In this document: one piece after another, positions 1 through 12,289 of the stretch
Layout: the number at the start of each line of letters is the position of its first letter
Numbering within the stretch: the first letter of the stretch is position 1
Source: Octopus sinensis
Taxonomy: Eukaryota
Assembly: GCF_006345805.1 (NCBI RefSeq)
Contig: NC_043004.1
Coordinates: 6,758,001-6,822,000, forward strand
Reading direction: 5' to 3'
DNA length: 64,000 nucleotides
Made by a program: the position numbers and the translations under genes
Notes under the pieces: model-generated
The model's database searches: none
Told to the model about the DNA's origin: nothing
The model's input: only the letters and a program-made list of their open reading frames with translations

Positions 1-772
1 AATGATGATGATGATGGTAATTATGATAATAATAATAATGATAAGAAGAAGAAAAGGAAGAATATTCATCATCTTCATTACCCTCTTTATTTAGCACATA
101 TTCATCATTATTTCATTATCAGTATGAATTACTTTTACCATCATTATTTCATTATTATTATTACTATCATTGTCTTCCTTATCTTCAGCATTATCACCGT
201 TATTAATTATCTTTACTATTAGTTTCTTATGACTGCCATCATCATCATCATCATTTTATCAGGATTATCATCATCCTCATCACCACCACCACCACCACCA
301 GTCATCACCATCACCATAATTTTATTAGGATTATCATAATCATCAATTTCATTTTTCTCTTAAAAAATATTTCGAGGGTGGGGGGGAGGGATAAAAAAAC
401 TAAGGGATGTTTTAAAAGAACTCAATAAACACACACACACATTCTCCGGTTAATGTGAAGAAATCAATAAGACAGTATAAAAATCTATAGAGCTGCTCTT
501 ATAGCGGTAGTTGTTATTGTTGTTGTTACCTTAGAGGCACGGAGAAAGTAAAAGTAGTAGTAGTAGTAGTAGTAATAGTGGTGGTGGTGGTGGTGGTGGT
601 GATAGCAGCAGTGTGTGTCCAAGCTGACTGTCACATTAATAAAGTCCCCTTGCCTAACTACCTACCAACCTATCTACTGTAAATGCCAGCCTGCAAGTAC
701 AGCACACACTTGGACAAGTGTGTCCAGCTTCATAGGAGAAATAGAGAAAGGTGCAGAGTCAGAAGTATAAAG

Positions 773-803
<31 letters not shown>

Positions 804-1008
804 GGAGGGAGGAGACAGAGAACTGGAGACCAATGTTCTGATAACAGTTCAGATGCACAAATTCTCAGCATTCAGAGATGGTAATATTGATTACTACCTC
901 TCTCTCAGCTCTCTTTTCTACATGAGAGAGAGAGGAGAGAGATGGAGGGAAAGAGAGAGAAAGAAAGAGAGAATTAGAGTATAAGTATGGTTGCGTGTGT
1001 TCCGTGCA

Positions 1009-1039
<31 letters not shown>

Positions 1040-1577
1040 CACGTGAGAGTAAAGCATGTTTTGAGTGTATATTTGAGTGTGAATGTAATGTGTGTGTGTG
1101 TGGTGTGTGTATACATATGTGAATAGCAATATGTGTGTGAACAAACGAGTGTTTGAGAGTACGTATGGTTGTACATGTGCGTGTGTGTGTGTGTGCCTGC
1201 ACATGTGTGTGAACATATCTGTTCATGTGTTTGTGTAATAATCTCTCAGTTCAGATATGCGTGTGCGTGTGTGTGTGTGTGTGTGTGCGAACGTGTCCAT
1301 GCCACTTTAGGCAGAGAGAAAAAGGAAGCAGCAGCAGTAACATACATCATTAAAAAGAAGAGGCTGGGGAAAGTGGAGGAGAAAAATGAGAGAGAAACCG
1401 AAGAGAGAGGGATGGCGGTGGCAGTAGTGGTGGTGGTAGTGGGGACAAAACCCAAGAGTTTGGGAAGAGTTAAGAGTTCAGCGCATGTGAAACCAGTAGC
1501 AAAGGGGTTACTCGTGTCCACTGAAGGAGAGGAACTAGCTCAGAGCAAACATAGTGGTAGTGCTTGCCAAACATTCC

Positions 1578-1707
1578 ATGCTAACTCAGACCATTCCACA
1601 AAACCATGAGAAAGGAATCTATTGTTCTCAAAGAAACAACAATGCTTCCATAAAGCTTCCCCCCCCCGCTGTCCACCCCCACCGACCCCCCTCTTCCAGA
1701 CACAAGG
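1578..1707 (+). CDS. Candidate first coding exon of an unidentified + strand gene (MLTQTIPQNHEKGIYCSQRNNNASIKLPPPAVHPHRPPSSRHK)
   Basis: Non-repetitive, GC-richer ORF starting at ATG 1578 and ending at a possible donor AAGG|GTAAAA. Preceded by UTR-like sequence and followed by T-rich intron-like sequence. No homology recognised. Confidence 0.3.
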
Positions 1708-2756
1708 GTAAAACAAATGTTTACCAAATCTATTACTTCTTATGTTTTGCCTTGCTTGCTTTTATTATTTATTATCCCCCCCCCGCCACCAAAATGTTCA
1801 GTTGATGTTTGTTTTGTTTTGTTTTGTTTTGTTTTTTTTTGTTTTTTATTCCAATACTTTCTTCTCCAAATGGAATGAGAAATACTTTTAAAAATATTAG
1901 ATGAAAGTGTTTGTAAAATAAATATTTCTGTTTTAATAAAGAAAATTTTAATAAACTGCCACCGCCATCACTGCCACCACTACCACTACAATAATTCTGG
2001 TGATATTCCTGATAATAATTCCTAAAATGCAAGGCCTGTTCTTTTTTTTTTTCCTTCTTTTTAAGTGGAATAGCTAATAACTGTTTTATTTCCTTTGATA
2101 TTTTACTACTAAAACCATGATTTTTAGTACTATCAAACCATGATTAAAACGTAGATCATTTAAAGCCTATATTTAACAAAAAAAAAAAGAGGACAAAAAT
2201 TAATAAGAAAATTTGAAAAGAATAAATTAATTATTCTTTAATGAGACAAAGTAAAGACAAAAATGAATTTATTACTCTGGATCTGGAGAGAACACACTCA
2301 CTCACACACACACAGACGTACACATATGCACAAACACATGCAGGGTTTCCTTTGTTTCTATATGCTAAAATTACACACGTGTACACAGACCCATGTTTTA
2401 AGGTTTATATTTTCACTTTGAAATTTCTACATCACTAAAATATTATTCATCTTTTCAATTTGAAACAACTTTGTAGTAAAATTCTGATTGCACAAAGCAC
2501 TTAAATTATACAAATACATAAAAAAAAAAAAAAAAAAATTTGTATAGTTGTTCTAACTTATAATACTTGGAAATATATTTTTACTAATAGTAAAAACTCA
2601 GTCTTTGACAACAATGTACTGAAGAACAAACACACACACACATCCTTATAGCGTATCATATACATAATATTAAAACACAGCTACAACACATTTTGAATAA
2701 TTTTCTGTGAAATGTTCCTGGTTTATGGATTTTTATTTTTTATTGTCCAACACTGG

Positions 2757-2787
<31 letters not shown>

Positions 2788-2920
2788 TGCAGAGTGACTA
2801 GTACAAGGAACAAAAGCAAAAAATTCAAGACAAAAATTATTGAAAATGCATTAGTCATGTTTCTAATACTCATGCCTTGAAGACAAAAAGCTGCTCCCAT
2901 ATATATATATATATATATCA

Positions 2921-3517
2921 TTTGTTTCAGTCACTGGACTGTGCCCTACCTTGAAGAAGTTAGTCAAACAAACTGACCGCACTAACTTTTTTTTTTTTTT
3001 TGAAGAGTGGTACTTTTCCATCAACTAATATTCACTCACAAGGCATTGGTTGGCCTAGGGCTATAGCAGAAGTCACTTGCCCAAGGTGCTATGCAGTGGG
3101 ACTGAACCTAAAAACCATATTAGTTGCAAAGTGAGTTTCTTAACCACACAGCCAAATGTGTGTGTGTCTTTTGTATTTGTGCTGTGTTTTGCCCCCCCAC
3201 CCCCACCCCCACTGCTCGACTACCAGTGTCATATATATCAACCCCAGTTTTGTTCTTTTTAAAACCTTGTACCTATTCTATCAGTTTCCTATGGCCAAAA
3301 GGCTAAGTTACAAACCAACACCAGTTGTCAAGTGGTAGAGGGGGACAAAATACACACGAAGGGCTTCTTTCGGTTTACATCTGCCAAAATCCACTCATAA
3401 GGCTTTGATTGGCCCAAGGCAATAGTGGAAGATACTCGCCCAAAGTGCCATGCAGTGGGATTGAACCTGGATTCATGTAGTTGGGAAGCAAACTTCTTAC
3501 CACAGAGCCACATCTGT
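2921..3517 (-). mobile_element. Two adjacent partial SINE A copies
   Basis: Homology to 21268-21656 (2921-3153 and 3262-3517). Confidence 0.8.
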
Positions 3518-3520
3518 GCT

Positions 3521-3546
<26 letters not shown>

Positions 3547-3552
<6 letters not shown>

Positions 3553-3720
3553 TAACAGGAAGGTTTACGAAAATAAACAAAAGACGAAGGCAGGTGGAGT
3601 ACAAACAAACAAATGTATTAGTATGGTGCTCAGGAATAGAAATAGAACAAGTCTTTTACGTTTCGAGCTACGCTCTTCGACAGAAAGATACACAGAAAAA
3701 AACGAGAGAAACAAGGAGAG

Positions 3721-3730
<10 letters not shown>
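3547..3730 (-). mobile_element. Short (TA)n-flanked element carrying a hammerhead motif (Penelope-like, non-autonomous)
   Basis: About 185 bp of unique sequence between two (TA)n tracts. Homologous to 28690-28888 in the opposite orientation. Confidence 0.6.
3652..3688 (-). ncRNA. Minimal type I hammerhead ribozyme motif (A6U core variant, no helix III)
   Basis: Minus strand reads TCTTT-CTGTCGA-A-GAGC(GTA)GCTC-GAAAC-GTA-AAAGA: 5-bp stem I, 4-bp stem II, ACGT palindrome in place of helix III, GUA cleavage triplet. The core has U at the A6 position. Confidence 0.7.
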
Positions 3731-3751
<21 letters not shown>

Positions 3752-3759
3752 TATTTTCT

Positions 3760-4100
3760 TCAACAATAAGGCTCTCTCTGTCAATGTCAAACAAATTTGA
3801 CACTGATGGAGAAACAAAGTTACAAAGCTTGAAGTCTATATAGAAAGCACAACTTGAAAGCCTGCAGCACGGTGCTAAAGAAGAAGCAGAAAAATGGACT
3901 GAAATACAAAGTGGTTCCAGGCTGGGACACTTTATACATATGTCCAATGCAAAACTTTCTATGACAGTCTTTTATTCTGATTGCAAAGGAGAGCCTAACA
4001 ACAGGCACATTAATCAAAGAGATACAGTGGTAACTGTGGGCCTATACTGCAATGGTGCTGGGCAACTGGCAATTAGTGCATTAGCTTTTATGTTGTGAAA
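3760..4100 (+). mobile_element. Possible highly decayed RTE LINE 3' end
   Basis: Frame-shifted pieces GETKLQ / KHNLKACS / D*NTKWFQA / GNCG..YC resemble the RTE ORF C-terminus. Confidence 0.35.
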
Positions 4101-4589
4101 ATCATGTAAAATTTAACTGGAAGAAACATGCAAAAAATAACTTGAGTTGCCAAAAATCAGCCACAACTACTAACCATAATGACCCCCCATGTATGAATGC
4201 TCCATGTGTGCAAGAACATTGTAATCATCGTGTAATGTCCACTTTTTCATAGTCAGACAGAATTTCTTTGGACAGATTTTCGTATTTCGTTATTGCCCTC
4301 AGTGGAATTTGAACTCAGAACGTACTGGCAGATGAAATACCGCTAAGCATTTCGACCAGCGTGCTAACGTTTCTGCATGCTCGCCACCTTGGAACAGATT
4401 TCTATGACCAGATGTCCTTCCTGTTGCCAACCCTCACTTGTTTCCAAGTAAGCTAATATTTCCCCATGGCCAGATAAGCTTTCCATGGAAGACTGGACAC
4501 AAGCAACGTCACTTGTATGACATTAATGCTCATTTACAATCATCACATGATCTCAAGACAGGTGTACACACAAGCACATACACACTTCT

Positions 4590-4624
<35 letters not shown>

Positions 4625-4800
4625 AGAACATGAAGAGCCTCTTCCAGTTTCTGTCTAGCTAATGCAATCACAAAACTTTGTCCAGCCTGGGGCTATAGTA
4701 GAAGTCACTTGCCCAAAGTGTCATGCAGTGAAATTGAACTCAAGATCATATGGTTGAGAAGCAAGTTTCTCAATTACAAAGCCATGGCTGTGCTTACCTG

Positions 4801-4848
<48 letters not shown>

Positions 4849-4864
4849 TACATACACACACATA

Positions 4865-5100
4865 TGCAAAGGTAGGTATACAATTATGAAAAAGAAAGCA
4901 CGTACAATATATATTTTTATCAAAAAAATTAAAAGTTACAATAAAAGTATTATTATAATTATGATAAATGTATTATCATGATTAATGACATTGAAAATAT
5001 CAAAAATGATGCTAACTAATTTAATGTGCTAATAAATTTAATGAATTAAGTATTATAACAGTGATGCAATGTTTACTGCATACCTACTTTTGCACCCCTG
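4865..5100. mobile_element. Tc1/mariner-type MITE
   Basis: TIRs TGCAAAGGTAGGTATACAAT / ACTGCATACCTACTTTTGCACCCCTG. A further solo end lies at ~6476-6504. Confidence 0.6.
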
Positions 5101-5101
5101 C

Positions 5102-5153
<52 letters not shown>

Positions 5154-5197
5154 CTTACTTGCAGAAGAGAAATAACGCATGCGTTCGGTCATATAAT

Positions 5198-6088
5198 TAT
5201 ATAATAAATAAATAAAATATATGCATATATACATACATATATGTACATACTTACATCTACATGTATATATACATGCATATATATATATATATATATATAT
5301 GAGTACAGGACACCACAACTAAACGTAGACAAAAACATAAAATCAAACAAAGAAACGGACTTTTTTTTAACAACGAGAAAACAAGGAAACGGACTTTTTT
5401 TAAAACAACGAAAAAACAGAGTACAGGACAAACAATACAAGGAAAATTCCCCTTCATCAGCTGCCCCTGGTTCGACTCAATGCGTGTTTCGAAGGTAAGG
5501 GCAGAACACGGCCAGGCTGAAGCAGTCCTTCCTGCAAAAGGAATTAAATAAAATTCTTTTGCAAGCCGATTTTTCACATGCGTTCTAACTAATTTTTCCA
5601 CCGTCTAAGCAAAAAAAGCCCTTATTGTTGGTTCCCTGTCCTGTTTCTTTATTTGTACTGTTTTTTCTTCATTTGTATTGCTTTTACGTCCTGTTCTTGT
5701 CACTTGTTTTACCCCTCTGCAAAAGAATTTTATTTAATTCCTTTTGCAGGAAGGACTGCTTTGGCCTGGCCGTGTTCTGCCCTTACCTTTGAAACACGCA
5801 TTGAGTCAAACCAGGGGCAGCTGATGAAGATGAATTTTCCTTGTATTGTTTGTCCTGTACTCTGTTTTTTTGTTGTTTTAAAAAAAGTCTGTTTTCTTGT
5901 TTTTTCGTTGTCAAAAAAAAGTCCGTTTCCTTGTTTGATTTTATGTTTTCGTCTCTCGTGTTCTACGTTTATTTGTGGTGTCCTGTACTCATATATATAT
6001 ATATATATATGCATGTATATATACATGTAGATGTAAGTATGTACATATATGTATGTATATATGCATATATTTTATTTATTTATTATAT
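5198..6088. repeat. Long inverted repeat (arms ~5198-5563 and ~5718-6088, spacer ~155 bp) flanked by (TA)n
   Basis: Arms are reverse complements. The ORF track gives near-identical peptides on opposite strands (5189..5440 - and 5841..6137 +). Confidence 0.9.
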
Positions 6089-6119
6089 ATATATATTATA
6101 TATATATATATATATACAT

Positions 6120-6356
6120 ACAGTCAGAAGATTGTGAAAAATTGACAGTCAAAATTGTGAAGCATGACTGTCACCACTACTACATGAACCTGAAGATTGC
6201 ATAATTTAATGCATGAAAGTACTAGTTCAATCAGAATGAACATTTAACATTCTATTATTTTATTTATTTTATTATATTATATTATCTTATATTATATCAT
6301 TATAAGATTGTAAATAAAACGTGAAAATCAGACAAGGTTGGAATTCCTTTTATTAA
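6120..6356 (+). mobile_element. Short (TA)n-flanked element carrying a hammerhead motif
   Basis: Unique sequence between (TA)n tracts. Contains a 9-bp IR (TGACAGTCA/TGACTGTCA) and the 6185-6229 motif. Confidence 0.55.
6185..6229 (+). ncRNA. Minimal type I hammerhead ribozyme motif
   Basis: TGAAC-CTGAAGA-T-TGCAT(AATTTA)ATGCA-T-GAAAG-TA-CTA-GTTCA: perfect 5-bp stem I, intact core, palindromic helix III AGTACT, CUA triplet. Confidence 0.8.
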
Positions 6357-6361
6357 TATAT

Positions 6362-6449
<88 letters not shown>

Positions 6450-7743
6450 AAAAGAACATCCCACTAATATTAAGCAACTGTATACCTACTTTTGCCCATC
6501 CCTGTGTGTATGTGCTTTATTTGTGGGTTAACACATGTGATCACTCCAAGAAATGGAGATGTGAAGTATACTTCAAAATAATTTAGTTTTAAATTCAACT
6601 CTTAAACATTGATATTACACAAAGGTTAAGTGATAGTTAATAAACAGTATTAGTCAACAGAAATATTATATGCAACTCAGAAATGAAAACAAGTTTACCT
6701 TGACAAAATATAGTGTCATGATAATTAAAAATATCATGTTCCAAATTGCATTTTAAAAGAATTTTTGAATTTGTATTTATTTAGGCACTGTTGTTATTAT
6801 AATACATCAAAAAGGATTGAGAATAACTATCCATATTTTTTCAGTGAAGATTAAACAAATGTATCTTTAAAATCATGAGCTGAAAGTGTTTATTTTAAGA
6901 CATGCTTTGTTCTAACTTCTTCAGGCCTTTGTCACAATTTCCTGTCAGGATCATATCTGTTTTGCAAGTTTCCAATGACAAGAGGATCTGTTTTATTTTA
7001 AACTACATGCAAGGCAAATTTTAGTAAAGCAGGTTGTGTTTTCAAATGAATCAACTGCAGCATATTTCTGACATTTATTTTATAAAAACAGAATGAAGAG
7101 AAGCAAACCCCAGTCCAGAGTGACACAACAATTTTGTCTGAGAATCTCATAATTTAAGGGTACACAAAACATGTTGATTTCACCATAAGCAGTTAATTCA
7201 GTTGTTTAAACAATATTTGTCAAAGCTGATGGCAAGTCATTTATAAAAAGTTGGACCATTGGTATAACCAGGATGTTCTGATGATCTGATGAGCTAGCTA
7301 GCTTTATTTGTATTGGTTTGTGAATATACAATTCATTGTATAATGCACAGCATGCATATGAATGTAAACATGTAAACATAATTTTATTATGCACTGAAAT
7401 TATTACTACATGAAGAAGTCTGCAGAACAGCTGTAATTCTAACAATGTCAAGAGGTTAAATAAATATCTTCACCTCTCATACCTCTTGATACTTTATGGT
7501 TTATACACACACTTGTATATCTATCTATCTACCCACCTATCTATCTATCTACATATATAGTTATCTCTCTCTCATATATATATATGCTCGACTAAAGGCG
7601 GTGCTCCAGCATTGCCACAGTCAAATGACTGAAACAAGTAAAGGAGAGAGAGAGAGAGAGAGAGAGAATTTATATATAGATAGATAGATAAAACTTACTT
7701 GGAAGAGGATGCATGGCGTTCAATCATATGATAATATAAATAC

Positions 7744-7776
<33 letters not shown>

Positions 7777-7781
<5 letters not shown>

Positions 7782-8280
7782 TTTGTTTCAGTCATTTGAC
7801 TGTGGCTATGCTGGAGCACTGCCTTTAGTCAAATAAATCACCCCCAGGACTTATTTTTGCAAACCTAGTACTTATTCTATCAGTCTCTTTTACTGAACTG
7901 CTAAGCTATGGGGGCATAAACACACCAACATCAGTTGTCAAGCGATGGTAGGGGCACAGACACAGAAACATACATACGACAGGCTTCTTCCAGTTTCTGT
8001 CTGCCAAATCCACTCACAAGGCTTTGGTCGGCCCGAGGCTACAGTAGAAGACATTCATTCACCCAAGGTGCCACAGTGGGTCTGAACCCAGAACCATGTG
8101 GTTGGGAAGCAAGCGTCTTAACACACAGCCACACCTGACAGGTTTCTTTCAATTTCCACCCACCAAATCCACTCACAAAACTTTGCTTGGCCCACATATG
8201 CCCATGGTTCTACACAGTGGGACAGAACACCTCAACTATGTGGTTGGGAAGCAAACATCATTCCACACAGCTATGCCCAT
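7777..8280 (-). mobile_element. SINE A (7777-8137) plus a second head fragment
   Basis: Homology to family A. Confidence 0.85.
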
Positions 8281-8489
8281 ATATAAATCCTTAAATCCTT
8301 AAAAATGTTTTAGCCCGAAGGCCGCGGCCATGCTGGGGCACCACCGCTGAAAAAAGGTAGTTGACCGTGGCGGAATTTGAACTCACAACGTAACGGCAGA
8401 CGAAATACTGCTCAGCATTTCGCCCGGCGTACTAACTATTCTGCCAGCTCGCCGCCTTTATTTATATATATATATATATAAAGCACTCG

Positions 8490-8537
<48 letters not shown>

Positions 8538-9826
8538 ATGAATTCTATTTTTTCTAAATTTCACTCAATATTTCCTTTTTCACTCAACAATAAAAACTAG
8601 GATAATTACCAAAAAAGAAAACTTTATGCAAACGTGCAATGCCCAAATGCATTTGGTTGCAAACTTGATTCTTCAACAATCAATTTTGATGTGTAGCTGG
8701 AAAAGTACTTAACCATTATCAATGAAGAGAAGCTAGTTGTTAGATAGATACATTGCTGTTCTTTCTACTAAATCAAAATGACATTACCACTCTGCACAAA
8801 TGAAATGAAAACCTAAATAAAGTACAAACAAAACAAAACAAAAATAGGGGGGTATAGACCACTATAACACAACAAAATAATTCTCTTATTCTTTTTTTTT
8901 AGCATCACATGTCTACTTACAAATTTACTTGTTTTTATTTTTTCTTGACATCCACACACTAGGTGAGTTACTGAAGTGAAGGCACATGTTTGTCTGTCTG
9001 TATGTCTGTGTATGATTATACATAGTTAAAAAAAAAAAAAAGGCTTGTATACACACACACACACAGAGAATCATGAATCAGTATCTAATAAAAGTTTAGT
9101 AATGTGACCACTTTTAATCATATTTTATAACCTGATGATAATGATGCTGATGATGATGACAACGATGATGGTGATGATGATGAACAACACAATCATTAAT
9201 TTTTTCATTTTTTTTCTTCTTTTTTTTGTGTGTGTGGTTATTACTGACTGTTGATAGCATAATGCTTTTCCATTTCTATAACCACTGCACTATTAATAGG
9301 GCTGATATTGATTGAACAAGTGTGATTTTGTACCCATTATTGCTTTGAGGCATATGGCTAGCTTTGTCCTTCTCAAAACAATGAACACTTTGATAATCAA
9401 AGCTTATACCTCGCCTGCTATCAATGTAAGCCCTATCTTTAAGCAAGCCATCTAATAATATGATGTACAGTATGGTATAATGTAATATCCACAATGTATT
9501 ATATTTATAGAGTTATCTTGAAAAAAAGAAAAAAATTCATCTTCTGACAGAGGTTTGATAAAGATGAAACAGGCTTGGCCAGATTAATGTTAATACTATG
9601 AACTGCTGTGAAGGTGCTGAGTGTAACAAAACAGATGCAATCCTTCTAAGCTTTGTAAGGCCAACACAAAGATAAGGATTTAAAACCAATTTTAGTGATG
9701 ATAATAGCAAACTGAAATGACGATCAATTATCATCATTATCATCATCGTCATTTCATGCTGACATGGGTTGAACAGTTAGACAGAGATGCAATGGGTGGG
9801 AGGATCAGGTTTTGCTGAACATTAAG

Positions 9827-9966
9827 CCTGATGGAGGCATAGTGGCTGAGTTCCTTTCGAGCATTGGGCCTCATGGAGGAGAGGTGGCTGAGTTCTTTTC
9901 AAACAAGCCTCACGGAGGTGTGGTGGCTGAGTTCCTTTTGAGTGTGGGGCCTCCTGGAGGCAATGA
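9827..9966 (+). repeat. Tandem repeat, ~3.5 copies of a ~40-bp unit
   Basis: GCCT.A.GGAGG...GTGGCTGAGTTC.TTT recurs, directly upstream of a SINE C body. Confidence 0.75.
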
Positions 9967-10673
9967 TCAAGGTTTTTGGCATTATATCATGCTTGAGAAG
10001 ATGACCCATCAAGCTGAGCAAAATTGCAGTCATGACAGATACTGGTGTCATGCAAATGGCACCTGTGCCAGTGGTACGTAAAAGCATCTATTACAATCTC
10101 AGAGTGGTTGGCGTTAGGAAGGGCATCCAGCCATAGAAAGCCATACCAAATCAGACTGGAGCCAAGCACAACCGTCCAACCTATGCCAGTATAAACAAGG
10201 GACATTAAATGATGATGATGATGGATGACATTCCTAACACCAGCTTCTTTACAACATGTACAGAGTGCTTTTTGCTTATTTTTAGAGGTACCGGCACAGG
10301 CAGCACTAGCGAGGCTGCTAGTGACTTACAAAGCAGCCTCACTAGTACAAGTGCTCTGAACAAAAGCATTCAGTAGATTTTGGCTTTAGGAAGGGTATCC
10401 AGCTGCAGAAACTATGTTAAAATAGAACTGCTCGGGCACAATGCAGTTCTCTGACTCATCAGATCTTGTTGAACTGCTCAACCCATGCCATTATGATATG
10501 CAGATGTAAAACGATAATGATGGTAATCATATCTCATCATAGCAGTGTAGCATTCCTAAGTATATAAAATAAATAAATAAATAAATATAATAAAATAAAT
10601 AAAACCTACTAAATCCACAATACTTTAACTTAGGTTATAAATGATAAGATTTATTTTGTTTTTCAAGTATATT

Positions 10674-11098
10674 TTAACCTATTTGTTACTGTATTTATTT
10701 TGAGGAGCTGGCAGAAACATTAGCACGCCAGGCAAAATGCTTAGCAGTATTTCATCTGCCGTTACTTTCTGAGTTCAAATTCCGCCGAGGTTGACTTTGC
10801 CTTTCATCCTTTCAGGGTCGATAAATAAAGTACCAGTTATGCATTGGGATTGATGTAATCAACGTAATCCCTTTGTCTGTCCTTGTTTGTCCCCTCTATG
10901 TTTAGCCCCTTGTGGGCAATAAAGAAATAAATTACTTCAAATATAACAAAGAATTTAGTAAAATAACTTAGTTATCATTAAGTTAGTGTTAGGAACATAA
11001 ATTGCGACTAAGGATTGGTGGAAGATTTTAATCCAAAACTTATGAAAACAAAACATTTGTACTCAGAGCCAGAGCTGGGTTGGTAACAAAAGGATTAA
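10674..11098 (+). mobile_element. piggyBac-type MITE family 2, interrupted by a SINE
   Basis: TTAACCTATTTGTTAC ... GTAACAAAAGGATTAA. Reverse complement of 33570-33798 once the SINE at 10703-10930 is removed. Confidence 0.75.
10703..10930 (+). mobile_element. tRNA-derived SINE family B, full length
   Basis: GAGCTGGCAGAAAC...GAGTTCAAATTCCGCCGAGG...CTTTGCCTTTCATCC...AATAAAGAAATAA. Other copies at ~4295-4390, 8303-8458, 17525-17730, 37540-37750 (all -) and 38752-38970, 48309-48505 (+). Confidence 0.88.
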
Positions 11099-11340
11099 AA
11101 TAATCAATTACAAAATAAGGATGAAGATGCATATCTAAGTACTATAAAAGAAATGGTAAGCACTTGAAAAGTTGCTAATTGAGAACTGTGACATGGTTTC
11201 AAATCCAAATCAAAACGATTTCATTGTACAGTGCCAATATTTTGAGAAAGGCATGAAAGTCACAATATTCTGTATCTTCCTTTGCCTAAATGTATTAGTC
11301 TTTTGTATTTAATAAAAAAAAAAAAGATATAAATTTGTAT

Positions 11341-11749
11341 GTAGGTGCAGGCATGGCTGGCTGTATGGTAAGAAATTTACTTCCCAATCACATGATGCTA
11401 GGTTCAGTCAGTCCCGCTGCGTGACACCTTGGGGAAGTGCCTTCTACTATTGTTTCAGATTGATCAAATACTTGTGAATGGATCTGGTGGATAGAAACTG
11501 AAAGAAGCCTGTCTTTTATGTGTGTGTGTTTCTTTGTGTCTGTGTTGTACCCTACCACCACTTGACAACTGGTGGGGTGTTTACATCCCAACAACCTGTA
11601 ACTTAGTGGTTTGGCAAAAGGGATTGACAGAATAAGTACCAGACTTAAAAAATTATGAGTATTGGGGTTGATTCATTCAATTAAAAATTCTTCAAGGCAG
11701 TGCCCCAACATGACCACAGTCTAATGATTGAAACAAGTAAAAGATAAAA
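11341..11749 (+). mobile_element. SINE A
   Basis: Homology to family A. Confidence 0.85.
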
Positions 11750-12071
11750 ATCCAAGCAGTGAAAAGAAAGAGAATTCCAGGTTAAAATATTTTCCAGTAT
11801 TTCATTTCATTCAGCACCCAAGTGAGTATTAGTGAGAAGGGCATCTGGCCATTAAAAAATCTGTTTCAACAAAATCCTGTCTGACCCATGTAAGCATAGA
11901 AAAGTGGACGTTAAATGATGGTGATATTGACTGAAGTTGATGAAACATGTACCAGTAATACATTACATCAGTGACCGATTAAATCTCTCTCTTACAAAAT
12001 TTAGCTTTGTGAACAACCAAAAGAAATCAGTATCATTTACACAAAAAGTCACCAATTACTTTATAAATACT

Positions 12072-12120
12072 TTTAAATAAAGTCGTATTATTACTGTATA
12101 ATAATACGACTTTATTTAAA
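12072..12120. repeat. Perfect 22-bp inverted repeat with 5-nt loop
   Basis: TTTAAATAAAGTCGTATTATTA-ctgta-TAATAATACGACTTTATTTAAA, about 110 nt upstream of the hammerhead at 12228. Confidence 0.9.
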
Positions 12121-12227
12121 CTTTTCTTGTTTACGATAGTTTCTTTGAAACGGAGCAGGACGTTTAAAGTTAGAAATACACACAAGCTAATGTAGTGAAT
12201 ATTTTAGAAATAGATGTTAAATGCTGT

Positions 12228-12289
12228 TTTCAACTGAAGATCGCAAAGCATGTTTATCATGCAAAGCGTGAAATCAATTGGTATTGAAA
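12228..12289 (+). ncRNA. Type I hammerhead ribozyme motif
   Basis: TTTCAA-CTGAAGA-T-CGC-AAA-GCATG(TTTAT)CATGC-AAA-GCG-T-GAAAT-CAATTG-GTA-TTGAAA: 6-bp stem I, bipartite stem II, palindromic CAATTG helix III, GUA triplet. Confidence 0.85.

Noticed and set aside
3784-4098. 104-codon frame with a single TAG as a host exon or readthrough gene
   Set aside because: Better explained as a frame-shifted RTE LINE relic.
5445-5500. GAAAC..GTC..CTGATGA on the minus strand (mirrored at ~5785-5835 +) as a type II hammerhead
   Set aside because: Stem I does not pair, stems II and III are weak, and no GAAA follows CTGATGA. Not callable without a family consensus.
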